A stretch of 42,487 nucleotides of DNA from Candidatus Vogelbacteria bacterium (GCA_016201465.1 JACQCV010000021.1:1-42487); one strand, 5' to 3'. Counted from the stretch's first letter, positions 1 to 8,829 are shown. Notes: generated by a model from the letters alone, not told the origin. Translations and numbers: made by a program.

Positions 1-1
1 C

Positions 2-1462
2 GACTGGGGCGGAGTCGGCTTTTTACTAGAGGGGTATGAACGGTGGAACGACAAACTTCCCAAGTTTGAGGCAAAAAATGATGAACTGTATGCTGTGTAC
101 AAAATTTATAGACGAGGGGAAAAGGTTTCTCAAGACGAGGAAGAGTTTAATCAGCTAACTCCGGCGGCATCTGATGAGCTTGCCGATTACTTTGGTGAAT
201 TCGGTTCGTTTATTGAGTTCAAAGATCGATTTAACGACTTTAAGGACGCTGCTCTGCAAAGATTTCAGAAGTTAGGGGGCGGAGAAGAGATTGAGTTTGA
301 ACTTTGGAGAAAGATGAAGGAGTGGAGTTTAGAGGACTTCAACAAGTTTTACGATCTAATAAATATTCATCACGACTACACTTTAGGCGAAAGCTTTTAT
401 GCCGCGCGTGGCGACATGCTTGTCCAAGATAAATTATCAAGTGGTGAGATTGTGCTTTTTACCGACGAACTGGCCAAGAACGAGCTCAATTTTTTGCAGA
501 CGGAGCTTGAGGCTGGCCGAATTACACAAGAGATTTTTGTTAGATTGCAGGCCGAAATTGAGAATGATGTTGGTGCCTCTGTCGTACTTTTGAAAAATCA
601 TAAACGATTTTTAGTAAAGAAGTCTAATGGTACAACCCTTTATGCAACGCGAGACTTGGCGGGAATTGAACACAAGGTTGAAACATTCCACCCTGCGCGT
701 TTGGTATATGAGGTTGGGGGTGAACAAACAGAATACTTCCGTAATCTTTTTGAGGCTGCTCGAGTTTTGAATTTGGTTGAAAATGAGTCAGTTAATCTCA
801 CTCATGTGGCACACGGTTTGTATGTTGATTCAAAAACGGGGAAGAAGCTTTCGAGCCGTGAAGGTGCCGCAAGCGTTGAAAGGTTGATTAAGGAGTCAAT
901 CAAGTATTTTAGAGCAAAATATGATCAAAGAAGTACCGAAGAATTTCCACTATCTAACGAGGAGAAAGATCGTAACGCTAAACTCCTGGCAGTTGGTTCG
1001 ATAGCTTTTAACGATATTAAACAAGATAAAAAGTTCCCAATTGCCTTTGACCAAGACATAGAGAAGAACATTAAATTGTTTGAAGAATCCGGCGGGGCCT
1101 ATATAATGTATTCGCTTGCAAGGGCGCGAAGCATTATTAGAAAGTCCGATGTTAAGCCCGCCGATTCAATTGTTGTCACTGAGGATTATAAGGACCTATC
1201 TGAGGAGGAGGTGAGTATAACGAAGATGATTGCAGAGTATCCGCGAGTCATTTTGAAGTCCGCGTCGCTTGATGGCCCGTCCATTCTGGCTGGATATCTT
1301 TTAGACCTGGCCAATGCGTATAATAGTTACTATGAGAAGTATAAGGTTCTTGAGAAGGGTAAACTTCTGTATCCGCATAGGCTGCTTGTAACTAATGCCG
1401 TGGCAATCGTTTTAGATAATGGCCTCAAGCTTTGCCATGCCGAGGCACCAGAGATTATTTAA
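2..1462 (+). CDS. argS: Arginyl-tRNA synthetase (5'-truncated by window edge)
   Basis: Frame open from base 2 (DWGG..). Motifs ESFY, KSNGTTLYATRDLA, KMSK-like KKLSSREG, YIMYSLARARSI and a DALR-like C-terminus. Confidence 0.93.
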   Translation, partial: DWGGVGFLLEGYERWNDKLPKFEAKNDELYAVYKIYRRGEKVSQDEEEFNQLTPAASDELADYFGEFGSFIEFKDRFNDFKDAALQRFQKLGGGEEIEFELWRKMKEWSLEDFNKFYDLINIHHDYTLGESFYAARGDMLVQDKLSSGEIVLFTDELAKNELNFLQTELEAGRITQEIFVRLQAEIENDVGASVVLLKNHKRFLVKKSNGTTLYATRDLAGIEHKVETFHPARLVYEVGGEQTEYFRNLFEAARVLNLVENESVNLTHVAHGLYVDSKTGKKLSSREGAASVERLIKESIKYFRAKYDQRSTEEFPLSNEEKDRNAKLLAVGSIAFNDIKQDKKFPIAFDQDIEKNIKLFEESGGAYIMYSLARARSIIRKSDVKPADSIVVTEDYKDLSEEEVSITKMIAEYPRVILKSASLDGPSILAGYLLDLANAYNSYYEKYKVLEKGKLLYPHRLLVTNAVAIVLDNGLKLCHAEAPEII

Positions 1463-1463
1463 A

Positions 1464-2498
1464 ATGTCAGAATTTGTTTTATATCGAAAATACAGACCAA
1501 AAAGCTTCAGCGAGGTGCTGGGTCAGGAACATATCGTTAAGACTCTTTCGGGCGCAATCAAGCACGATAAACTTTCACACGCGTATCTTTTTGCCGGGCC
1601 ACGTGGTACGGGCAAGACGTCAATTGCTAGAATTTTTGCCAGAGAAATCGGCACATCACAAAACGATCTTTACGAACTCGATGCCGCTTCAAACAATGGT
1701 GTTGATGACATTCGAAGTCTTTGTGATGGCGCTCGTACTTTGCCATTCGAATCCAAGAAGAAAGTTTATATTGTCGATGAGGTCCACATGCTCTCGAAGG
1801 GTGCCTTTAACGCACTTTTAAAAACTCTTGAGGAGCCACCTGCACATGTGATTTTTATTCTTGCCACAACTGAACTCAACAAGGTGCCCGATACAATAAT
1901 TTCAAGATGTCAGATATTTAATTTTAAAAAACCATCCCATTCTGTTTTGCGCGAAATGGTTGCAGCCGTCGCCAAGAAGGAGGGCTATACGATCGACGAC
2001 GGCTCGGCGGACTTGGTGGCACTCTTGGGCGACGGATCCTTTCGCGATACACATGGTACACTTCAAAAGATTATTAGCGCGTTAGCAGGCAAAAAAATAA
2101 GTCTTAAGGACGTTGAGGATATCACCGGTGCGCCGAGAGTTGAAGTTTTGCAGGGCGTTGTAAGATCGATTCTTGACAAAAATTTGCCCGAGGCACTCAA
2201 GCTGTTGCGCCAGTCTTCTAAGGATAATATAGATAACAGAGTGTTTATAAAGATGCTTATCCATAGCATTCGTCTTATTCTCCTTTTGAAATTTGCTCCA
2301 GAGATCAAAGATGATATCTTGGGAGAGTTTTCACCAAACGAGGCCAAATTCTTGGCCGAACATGGCAACCACAAAAATGTTGTCGGTCTTCCTGGTGTCC
2401 TCCGCGAGCTTCTCACAGCCTATGAGGAAACTCGCTGGTCATACATTGGCGAGCTACCTCTCGAACTTGCGCTTATTAAAATCTTGGGGCAAAATTAA
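1464..2498 (+). CDS. dnaX: DNA polymerase III gamma/tau subunit (short form)
   Basis: LYRKYRP, Walker A GPRGTGKTS, DEVHML, FNALLKTLEEPP, TIISRCQ. ATG at 1464 follows the argS stop. Confidence 0.96.
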   Translation: MSEFVLYRKYRPKSFSEVLGQEHIVKTLSGAIKHDKLSHAYLFAGPRGTGKTSIARIFAREIGTSQNDLYELDAASNNGVDDIRSLCDGARTLPFESKKKVYIVDEVHMLSKGAFNALLKTLEEPPAHVIFILATTELNKVPDTIISRCQIFNFKKPSHSVLREMVAAVAKKEGYTIDDGSADLVALLGDGSFRDTHGTLQKIISALAGKKISLKDVEDITGAPRVEVLQGVVRSILDKNLPEALKLLRQSSKDNIDNRVFIKMLIHSIRLILLLKFAPEIKDDILGEFSPNEAKFLAEHGNHKNVVGLPGVLRELLTAYEETRWSYIGELPLELALIKILGQN

Positions 2499-2504
2499 AC
2501 TGCT

Positions 2505-3452
2505 ATGTCATCCACAGAAAAATTTATTAGAGAAGGTGAAGAGATAGATGAAAAATATAAGTTTGTACCACCTCTGCTCGAAGAAGAGGGCAAAATTATT
2601 GGCTCACTAAAAACAGTAACGGATATATATTTATCTAGTTGGGGTTCTTTGGAATTGGAGGGGAATGAAGGGATTAAAGAAAAGATCAGGGAGAATATTT
2701 TGAGAGTGGAAAAATATAATAATGATAAGAAATATAAGAATTGGGCTGAGAAGTTTGGTATTTCCGTTCCTGAATTGAAAAAGCAGCTACAAGATAAGGT
2801 TGAGTTTATGGTGGATAAAGCAGACTTTTTTCGGGCAACTAGTATGGCGGTAATATCTGATGTCATGATTAATGATGGTCGCTGGAAGTCACAATTCGAA
2901 ACCGGAACAAGTAATGGAAGCTTAGACCCAGGATATCGTTCTGAAGTAGAAAGTATAATGTTTGGAATTCCCAATGATAAGGTGTGGAATAAAAGAAGTC
3001 GTCCAATCTATGGATATTTCACAGATGGACGAAATGGGGAGATCAGCTACACGGGAGAGATCCCACCTCCGTCTAATCTTTCGAATTATGGGGTGATTAA
3101 TGTCAAAATAAAGAGGGAGGTAGCAATGAAAAGGTCGACTATTACTTTTTCGGATAGTTTGTATAAAAGTGATTATATGACTCCGACGCCTGCATCTAGA
3201 CCTCACTTTACAAGTTTTTACGGTCTTGGAAGTGAACCTCTTAGTGAAGTTAACTCATCCAAAAAAACAAATTGGGGATCGGGCTACACCGAAGTCCAAT
3301 TCCATGGAGGGCTCACTATGGAGGACGTTGAGTCAATCCACATTTCAGAAAACAACGGCATGACACCAGAGGATATGCAGAAAGTTAGAGACCTATTTGA
3401 CAAATACAAAGAGCTTCATCCGGAGTCTCAAATTAAATTAATTGAGTATTAA
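2505..3452 (+). CDS. DUF3626-like protein, possible ADP-ribosyltransferase-fold toxin
   Basis: KSQFETGTSNG, RPIYGY, RSTITFSDS and YTEVQFHGGL-x3-DVESI match my recollection of DUF3626 motifs. The ART fold is inferred. Confidence 0.6.
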   Translation: MSSTEKFIREGEEIDEKYKFVPPLLEEEGKIIGSLKTVTDIYLSSWGSLELEGNEGIKEKIRENILRVEKYNNDKKYKNWAEKFGISVPELKKQLQDKVEFMVDKADFFRATSMAVISDVMINDGRWKSQFETGTSNGSLDPGYRSEVESIMFGIPNDKVWNKRSRPIYGYFTDGRNGEISYTGEIPPPSNLSNYGVINVKIKREVAMKRSTITFSDSLYKSDYMTPTPASRPHFTSFYGLGSEPLSEVNSSKKTNWGSGYTEVQFHGGLTMEDVESIHISENNGMTPEDMQKVRDLFDKYKELHPESQIKLIEY

Positions 3453-3467
3453 TTTTATCTAAAAACT

Positions 3468-3776
3468 ATGAATGACAACATCTATCCGATAGCAAAAATA
3501 GGCCTCTTCGAAGAGATTCTTTGTATTAACAAAAGCGACCTGCCATTCATAGGCAAGGAAAGAGCAATGGAGGTTAAAACAGTAAGATTAGATCTAAGCC
3601 ACAAAACAATAGATGAACCGATAGAACTAGAGATACACCTTAAATTCAACCCGTGGGAAGAGATAACCACAGAAGAAGATAGGACTACGGTGTCGTCCAA
3701 AATTGAGTCTGCGTTTACTAAAGACGAGATCGAGAATAAGGTTGTTGGTGCTTTAACTAACGTGGCAATCAGATAA
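3468..3776 (+). CDS. Small acidic hypothetical protein, candidate immunity/antitoxin partner
   Basis: 102-aa ORF 15 nt downstream of the DUF3626-like gene. Function is inferred from position only. Confidence 0.6.
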   Translation: MNDNIYPIAKIGLFEEILCINKSDLPFIGKERAMEVKTVRLDLSHKTIDEPIELEIHLKFNPWEEITTEEDRTTVSSKIESAFTKDEIENKVVGALTNVAIR

Positions 3777-3785
3777 CTTACCGAA

Positions 3786-4140
3786 ATGTCCAGAGAATCA
3801 TTTCCGCAACCAATTTCTAAGACCCCAGAGATAAAATCTGAATACGCTTCAGAAGTAACGCATAAATATTTTGAAACTGGTTGGGACGATCTAATTTTGG
3901 AAGGAAATGAAGGCATTAAGGAATGGTTCAAAAGGCTAATTTCTTTGTAAATGTAGTTGGAATAACAAAAATTATACAGAGGCGCAATTCCACGGTGGTC
4001 TGACGATGGAGGCCGTTGAGTCAATCCATATTTCAGAAAAGAATGCTATGACCAAGGTAGATATGAAAAAGGTTAGGAATTTATATAAAAGATATAAGAA
4101 GCTACATGCTGAGTCAGAAATTAAATTAGTAGAGTATTGA
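3786..4140 (+). pseudogene. Internally deleted, frameshifted paralogue of 2505..3452
   Basis: 3786-3950 encodes ..VTHKYFETGWDDLILEGNEGIKE.. (cf. VTDIYLSSWGSLELEGNEGIKE). In another frame, 3952-4140 encodes NYTEAQFHGGLTMEAVESIHISEKN..ESEIKLVEY* (cf. GYTEVQFHGGLTMEDVESIHISENN..ESQIKLIEY*). Confidence 0.88.
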
Positions 4141-4184
4141 TCTCGAGCGTTTTTTAAGGCAAAATAGCTAATACAACAATATAT

Positions 4185-4258
4185 TGGGAGATCGTCTAAA
4201 GGTAGGACAGCGGCCTTTGAAGCCGTGAATCTTGGTTCGATTCCAAGTCTCCCAGCCA
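4185..4258 (+). tRNA. tRNA-Gln (anticodon TTG)
   Basis: Acceptor stem TGGGAGA/TCTCCCA, anticodon arm GCGGC-CTTTGAA-GCCGT, T-loop GGTTCGATTCC, encoded 3' CCA. Confidence 0.95.
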
Positions 4259-4328
4259 GCTTGAGATAAGTTTGTAGCCCAAGGAGCCTCTTCGTTACTT
4301 TTTATTTCCAAAATGATAAAATAGCTAG

Positions 4329-4931
4329 ATGAGAAAAATAGTTGTTTTTATGATGGTCAGCATTGATGGGGTTATGCAGGCCCCCGGTGGCCCCGAGGAA
4401 GATAGCTCTGGTGGTTTCAAATATGGAGGGTGGACTGTCCCATATGCGGATGAGTCTTTTGGGAAAATATTAAGTGAAGAATTGAGTGTGCCATTTGACT
4501 TGCTCTTGGGCCGGAAGACGTATGAGATATTTGCCGCATATTGGCCCAAACAAACAGGTGTGGTGGCTGACCCGTTTAATAAAGCCACAAAATACGTAGT
4601 ATCTGATGAAGTCATGGATGTGACATGGAAAGAATCAATTCTTATCCACGATGATGTCCTGGCTAAAATTAAAGCTTTGAAAGAAGGGGATGGTCCAGTG
4701 CTACACGTGTGGGGTAGCAGTGTCCTTTTGCAGACACTCCTCAAAAATGATCTGGTTGATGAACTTCGACTTAGAATCTATCCTATTACACTTGGCGCCG
4801 GAAAGCGTTTGTTTGGAGAGGGAACAATCCCCGCCGTTTTTGAATTAATAAACTCTCAAGCATTACCAAGTGGTGTCATTTTGGCCAACTATAAAAGATC
4901 TGGCGAAGTTAAAACAGGCTCGTTTGTTTGA
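4329..4931 (+). CDS. Dihydrofolate reductase/RibD C-terminal family protein
   Basis: SIDGVMQAPGGPEED, LLGRKTYE, GSSVL, LVDELRL, LGAGKRLF. Confidence 0.9.
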   Translation: MRKIVVFMMVSIDGVMQAPGGPEEDSSGGFKYGGWTVPYADESFGKILSEELSVPFDLLLGRKTYEIFAAYWPKQTGVVADPFNKATKYVVSDEVMDVTWKESILIHDDVLAKIKALKEGDGPVLHVWGSSVLLQTLLKNDLVDELRLRIYPITLGAGKRLFGEGTIPAVFELINSQALPSGVILANYKRSGEVKTGSFV

Positions 4932-5018
4932 GTATAAATGGTCAGTCATTATTAGTATTCTCATTACATATCAACAGCAGCGCTTGCCTGGGCTTTTATT
5001 TTTTGTAGAATATTGAAT

Positions 5019-5744
5019 ATGAAAAACAAAACCATAATTAGTGTTGTGTTAATTCTCGCATTTATTGGGGTGATCTATTTTATACGTTTAGAACGTAAAC
5101 AGAATAGTCCGCAAGATCAGTCTGATAGTAGCGCTAGTACGACTCCCTCAAACACAGACGCAAGTACACAGTCCACGAGCACGAGTCCTGTCCCAACGGT
5201 TGCCGCACCATCCGCTGTTAAAATTCCGGCCAATGATTTAACTCCTAAAAATTTGAGTCACATAGTAACCATAAAAACAAATATGGGAGATATTAGTTTT
5301 GAAACGTTTGATGCTGATGCACCAAACACTGTTAAGAATTTCGTTACTCTTACCAATAAAGGTTTTTATGATGGATTAATTTTTCACAGAGTAATTCCTG
5401 GTTTTATGATTCAGGGAGGCGATCCACTAGGCACAGGGGTGGGAGGGCCTGGATATGCATTTGACGATGAGCTTAACCCAAGTACAGATTCTTACAAGAC
5501 TGGATATCAAAAGGGAGTAGTGGCGATGGCCAACGCCGGTCCTAATACAAACGGGAGTCAGTTCTTTATCATGGTAGATAATTACCCCTTACCATATAAT
5601 TACACCATTTTTGGTAAGGTAGTTGCTGGTCAAGATGTGGCTGATGCCATCTCTAATGTTGCTGCTGATCAAAGCAATAACCGTCCGATTTCAAATGTGA
5701 CAATGCAAAAAGTGACGGTAACAAATAATACCGACGCTAAGTAG
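5019..5744 (+). CDS. Cyclophilin-type peptidyl-prolyl isomerase with N-terminal membrane anchor
   Basis: FHRVIPGFMIQGGDP, AMANAGPNTNGSQFFI, YTIFGKV. Hydrophobic N-terminus followed by a S/T/P-rich linker. Confidence 0.95.
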   Translation: MKNKTIISVVLILAFIGVIYFIRLERKQNSPQDQSDSSASTTPSNTDASTQSTSTSPVPTVAAPSAVKIPANDLTPKNLSHIVTIKTNMGDISFETFDADAPNTVKNFVTLTNKGFYDGLIFHRVIPGFMIQGGDPLGTGVGGPGYAFDDELNPSTDSYKTGYQKGVVAMANAGPNTNGSQFFIMVDNYPLPYNYTIFGKVVAGQDVADAISNVAADQSNNRPISNVTMQKVTVTNNTDAK

Positions 5745-5764
5745 ATTGGCGACGCTTAAACATC

Positions 5765-5796
5765 AAAAATTAAAAACCGGACTCGAGCAAGTCCGG
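5765..5796 (-). terminator. Intrinsic terminator downstream of the 12-codon ORF
   Basis: On the - strand: CCGGACT-tgctcg-AGTCCGG followed by TTTTTAATTTTT. Confidence 0.75.
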
Positions 5797-5808
5797 AGCG
5801 ACTTTCAG

Positions 5809-5847
5809 TTATTGCGCGCCACCGATTCCGTCAACGAAGGTATTCAT
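5809..5847 (-). CDS. Candidate 12-aa peptide MNTFVDGIGGAQ
   Basis: SD AAGGAGGTGA with 8 nt from GGAGG to ATG, TAA stop, and a terminator 12 nt downstream. Confidence 0.55.
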   Translation of the reverse strand: MNTFVDGIGGAQ

Positions 5848-5962
5848 GATTATCACCTCCTTTTTGGTGTTATTTGATTACAAAATGGATGTGCTGTATC
5901 TGTAGAAGAATAGCAGATTTTGTTGACTTTGGATAGTGATCCTTGTTTGTTATAATAGAGGT

Positions 5963-6349
5963 ATGATTGGAATTTTTGATGGGATAAGAGGGGAAAAGAT
6001 TGAGCTTATTATTGCACGATTAGGGCTGGCTTTTCCTTTTATTTATGCCGCTGTCGCAAGTCTAATACGTCCGGAGAATTGGATCAGTTTTTTCCCTCCA
6101 TTTATGGTTAACGCAATGCCAAAAGTTTTAATCCCAGGCTGGGCTCTGCTCCAGATTATTGTTGGTGTCTGGCTCATTATCGGTAAAAAAATTTTGATTC
6201 CGAGTATTATAGCATCAGTCATGCTTGTTGGAATTTTCATATTTAATTTTAGTTTGCTAGATATAATTTTTCGAGACGTATCAATTTTGGCTACCGCGAT
6301 AGTCCTGACTATTTCTTCTTATCGTAATGAAAACAGCCTGAAAATATAG
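5963..6349 (+). CDS. DoxX-like membrane protein
   Basis: Four hydrophobic segments, ARLGLA..FIYA and FRDV. Start ATG 5963 lies 6 nt after TGtTATAAT. Confidence 0.7.
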   Translation: MIGIFDGIRGEKIELIIARLGLAFPFIYAAVASLIRPENWISFFPPFMVNAMPKVLIPGWALLQIIVGVWLIIGKKILIPSIIASVMLVGIFIFNFSLLDIIFRDVSILATAIVLTISSYRNENSLKI

Positions 6350-6350
6350 G

Positions 6351-6481
6351 TAGTCTGGAATATTGAATACGTCGATAATAAGGTGGCCACTGATCGAAGT
6401 CGTGAATCTGAGTGTCTGGCTATAACAGGGCGAACTTTTCAAAAGATCGTCGACAGGCTTGACAATTTAGTATTAAGACTG
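6351..6481 (+). ncRNA. Rod-shaped structured RNA candidate (6S-like architecture)
   Basis: 6351-6375 pairs with 6459-6481 (about 21 bp, including 4 G-U pairs valid only on +). Inner stems GATC/GATC, GAAGTCG/CGAACTTT and CTG/CAG. Confidence 0.45.
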
Positions 6482-6534
6482 GGTTGATGTTATAAAACCT
6501 TGCGTTTTACCATGATTTATGGTATGGTGATTCC

Positions 6535-6768
6535 ATGAGAAGAAACGCACAAGAATTGAACATTAGCCAAGCTTTAATACCTCTTTCGGAGTTTATGGAG
6601 TCCTACAACAAGAACATGCCGGTCGCTTTCCCGCGTGCCACTGCCGCATTATTGAAGAAGTTTAAAGAAGATCACGCTCTACTTTTTAAGCATGGCGATT
6701 TGTGGTCTCTTGATCAACACCGTAAAAAGTTGATGGATTGGTTACCTAGAAATAGTAAATTAGCTTAA
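6535..6768 (+). CDS. Small hypothetical protein
   Basis: 77-aa ORF preceded by TTGCGT-17-TATGGT ending 6 nt before ATG. A hairpin at 6783-6802 follows. Confidence 0.75.
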   Translation: MRRNAQELNISQALIPLSEFMESYNKNMPVAFPRATAALLKKFKEDHALLFKHGDLWSLDQHRKKLMDWLPRNSKLA

Positions 6769-6820
6769 ATCTGCTCAAAAAGAATCCACTGAAAAGTGGA
6801 TTTGTGGTAAAATGCGATTA

Positions 6821-7570
6821 GTGAAAAAATTAATAATTTTTGACCTCGACGGAACTCTAGCCGAGAGTAAGTCTAAGATGGATCCTGAGATGTCTCGACT
6901 TGTGTGTGAACTTTTAATGAAAAAGGACGTGGCCGTTATATCTGGTGGTGCATATAAACAGTTTCAAAATCAATTTCTTGAGAGTTTGAGTTGCCCACAG
7001 GACAAATTGGTTAGACTACATCTATTTCCAACATGCTCGACCACTTATTATAAATTCAGTGAGGGTGCATGGGAATGCGTTTATAAAGAATTTTTGAGCG
7101 AAGGTGAGAGGGCTAAAATTACGAGTGCTCTAAACGTGGCCCTGCCGCTGGGTGGTTATGTCAAGCCGGATAAAATTTTTGGTGATCTAATCGAAGATCG
7201 GGAGACCCAAATTTCTTTTTCAGCACTCGGTCAGCTCGCTCCGGGCGAATTAAAGAAGGTGTGGGATCCGAATCATTCGAAAAGATTAAAAATAAAAAAA
7301 TTCTTGGATTCATTACTTCCAAATTTTGAAATACGTATCGGTGGCGCCACCACCATTGATATAACGAGGAAGGGGATTGATAAGGCCCATGGCATAAGAC
7401 AAATGGAAAAGCTTTTAGGCTTTTCAAAGAACGAAATGCTTTTTATTGGCGACGCCATTTTCCCAGGAGGAAATGATTATCCTGTGAAGGAAATTGGTAT
7501 TGATTGTATTGCTGTGGGTGGCCCACAGCAGACTAAGGTTGAGATTAGAAGGATAATTTCTGAAAAATAA
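6821..7570 (+). CDS. HAD-IIB family hydrolase (eukaryotic phosphomannomutase-like)
   Basis: FDLDGTL, VISGG, EDRETQISFS, GGATTIDI, GDAIFPGGND. Probable start GTG 6821 (ATG 6812 is an alternative). Confidence 0.9.
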   Translation: MKKLIIFDLDGTLAESKSKMDPEMSRLVCELLMKKDVAVISGGAYKQFQNQFLESLSCPQDKLVRLHLFPTCSTTYYKFSEGAWECVYKEFLSEGERAKITSALNVALPLGGYVKPDKIFGDLIEDRETQISFSALGQLAPGELKKVWDPNHSKRLKIKKFLDSLLPNFEIRIGGATTIDITRKGIDKAHGIRQMEKLLGFSKNEMLFIGDAIFPGGNDYPVKEIGIDCIAVGGPQQTKVEIRRIISEK

Positions 7571-7595
7571 AAACCCACCAGAGTGGGTGACTTTA

Positions 7596-8720
7596 TTATA
7601 TTTTGAAACTGTCAATTTTCTGTTGCAGTTTCTTTTTGATGGATTTCTCAAATGGGTCTAAGTAATAGGGCAGATGTTGCATGTTGATCTCTTTGTAAAG
7701 ATAGATTGAGACTCCTCGCAAAATCTTCTCGAGTAAGCCTTTATTAAAGAGCGATGCAATAATCTTTCGTATGCGCCTAAAACCAGCACCAAATTCCATG
7801 AAGTCTGGGAACTGATCAGGGTGTGGCAATTCTATATTTGTGGCGTCGAGTTCAAGGATCATACACTTCGCTCCTCGATATCCAGCCAACTCAAGGTGAG
7901 AGCGGAATGTATCGTGGTGCGAAGCGTCGGTAAAATATTTTTCCATTTCAAGAAAGTGAAAGACGGATGGGGATTTCCTAGAGAGGGTATGCACAAAAGT
8001 TCCAATGATTAAAAGCTTGCTAGGATCAAGACCTTTTTTAATGTGAGAATCAATTACGGACAAAATCGGAATTGATTCCTTTTGGGCGGCGTCGACAAAT
8101 TGTTGTCCGTGAACTGTCTGAAGTGCGAAGATGTGTCTAATGGCACACGAAGCTACGATGGCTTCAGATATTTTTACTTTGGGAGTGGTGTCCTTTGAAA
8201 AAACATAAGTCTGTGAACCATCTATCAGTGTCGCGACGACCTCAAGAGGTGGTGACGTTTTTGCAAAGTCGTTTGTCTTGAGCCCTTGGTCTAAGAGAAG
8301 TTTTATATTTTCGCCACTAATGATTCCTATTCGATGATCAACAAGGTGTTTTAGAATGGTAGATGCAGCCCTAAAGCCCGCAAGGAAGTACGCTCTAAGA
8401 TTTCGAAAATTGTCGAAGAAACTTTTCGTTTCATTATGTTCCGCAAAGAAACCAATATCTTCGACGACATCCTTCAGATGGAGTCCGAGTAATAGTTTAC
8501 GTATTTTATCGCCGCTGACTCCGCTTGCCGCAAGGGCGAGCGGTATGCCTGAACCACTTGCTGTCCTGATGCCGTCAATGTATTCCTTGTAGGGCTCTAG
8601 AAGTTGCCACAATGCAAGAGCAGCCGCAATTGCAGGTATGGCACCAACACTACCGACCACATAAATTGTATAACCCTCTTCTTTTAACTTTTTTAGAAAA
8701 TTGCCCACTGGATCTTTCAT
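7596..8720 (-). CDS. Patatin-like phospholipase with degenerate motifs
   Basis: Patatin motif order retained: GSVGAI (Gly-rich), TASGSG (Ser nucleophile), VVAT, AIVASCAI, FVDAA (DGG position). SD GGAGGT. Confidence 0.72.
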   Translation of the reverse strand: MKDPVGNFLKKLKEEGYTIYVVGSVGAIPAIAAALALWQLLEPYKEYIDGIRTASGSGIPLALAASGVSGDKIRKLLLGLHLKDVVEDIGFFAEHNETKSFFDNFRNLRAYFLAGFRAASTILKHLVDHRIGIISGENIKLLLDQGLKTNDFAKTSPPLEVVATLIDGSQTYVFSKDTTPKVKISEAIVASCAIRHIFALQTVHGQQFVDAAQKESIPILSVIDSHIKKGLDPSKLLIIGTFVHTLSRKSPSVFHFLEMEKYFTDASHHDTFRSHLELAGYRGAKCMILELDATNIELPHPDQFPDFMEFGAGFRRIRKIIASLFNKGLLEKILRGVSIYLYKEINMQHLPYYLDPFEKSIKKKLQQKIDSFKI

Positions 8721-8829
8721 GTATCGACCTCCACTTTTTTCAAGTTACAATCCATCTGATTTAAGTATAACTCAGCTTTGGATATAAAATCTAGGATGGT
8801 ATAATTTGTGTAGGTAATTAAATAAAAAA

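Noticed and set aside
1464-2498. Short DnaX as a truncation or frameshift event
   Set aside because: It ends cleanly after domain III (LELAL) and the next ORF is unrelated to tau C-terminal domains. The short form is expected in reduced genomes.
2063-4024. Minus-strand ORFs such as 2495..2974 and 3482..4024, and similar shadow ORFs across the window
   Set aside because: They are antisense or out-of-frame overlaps of well-supported genes, with no recognisable motifs.
5852-5863. ATCACCTCCTTT resembles the 16S rRNA 3' end
   Set aside because: No upstream 16S sequence; better explained as an SD on the - strand.
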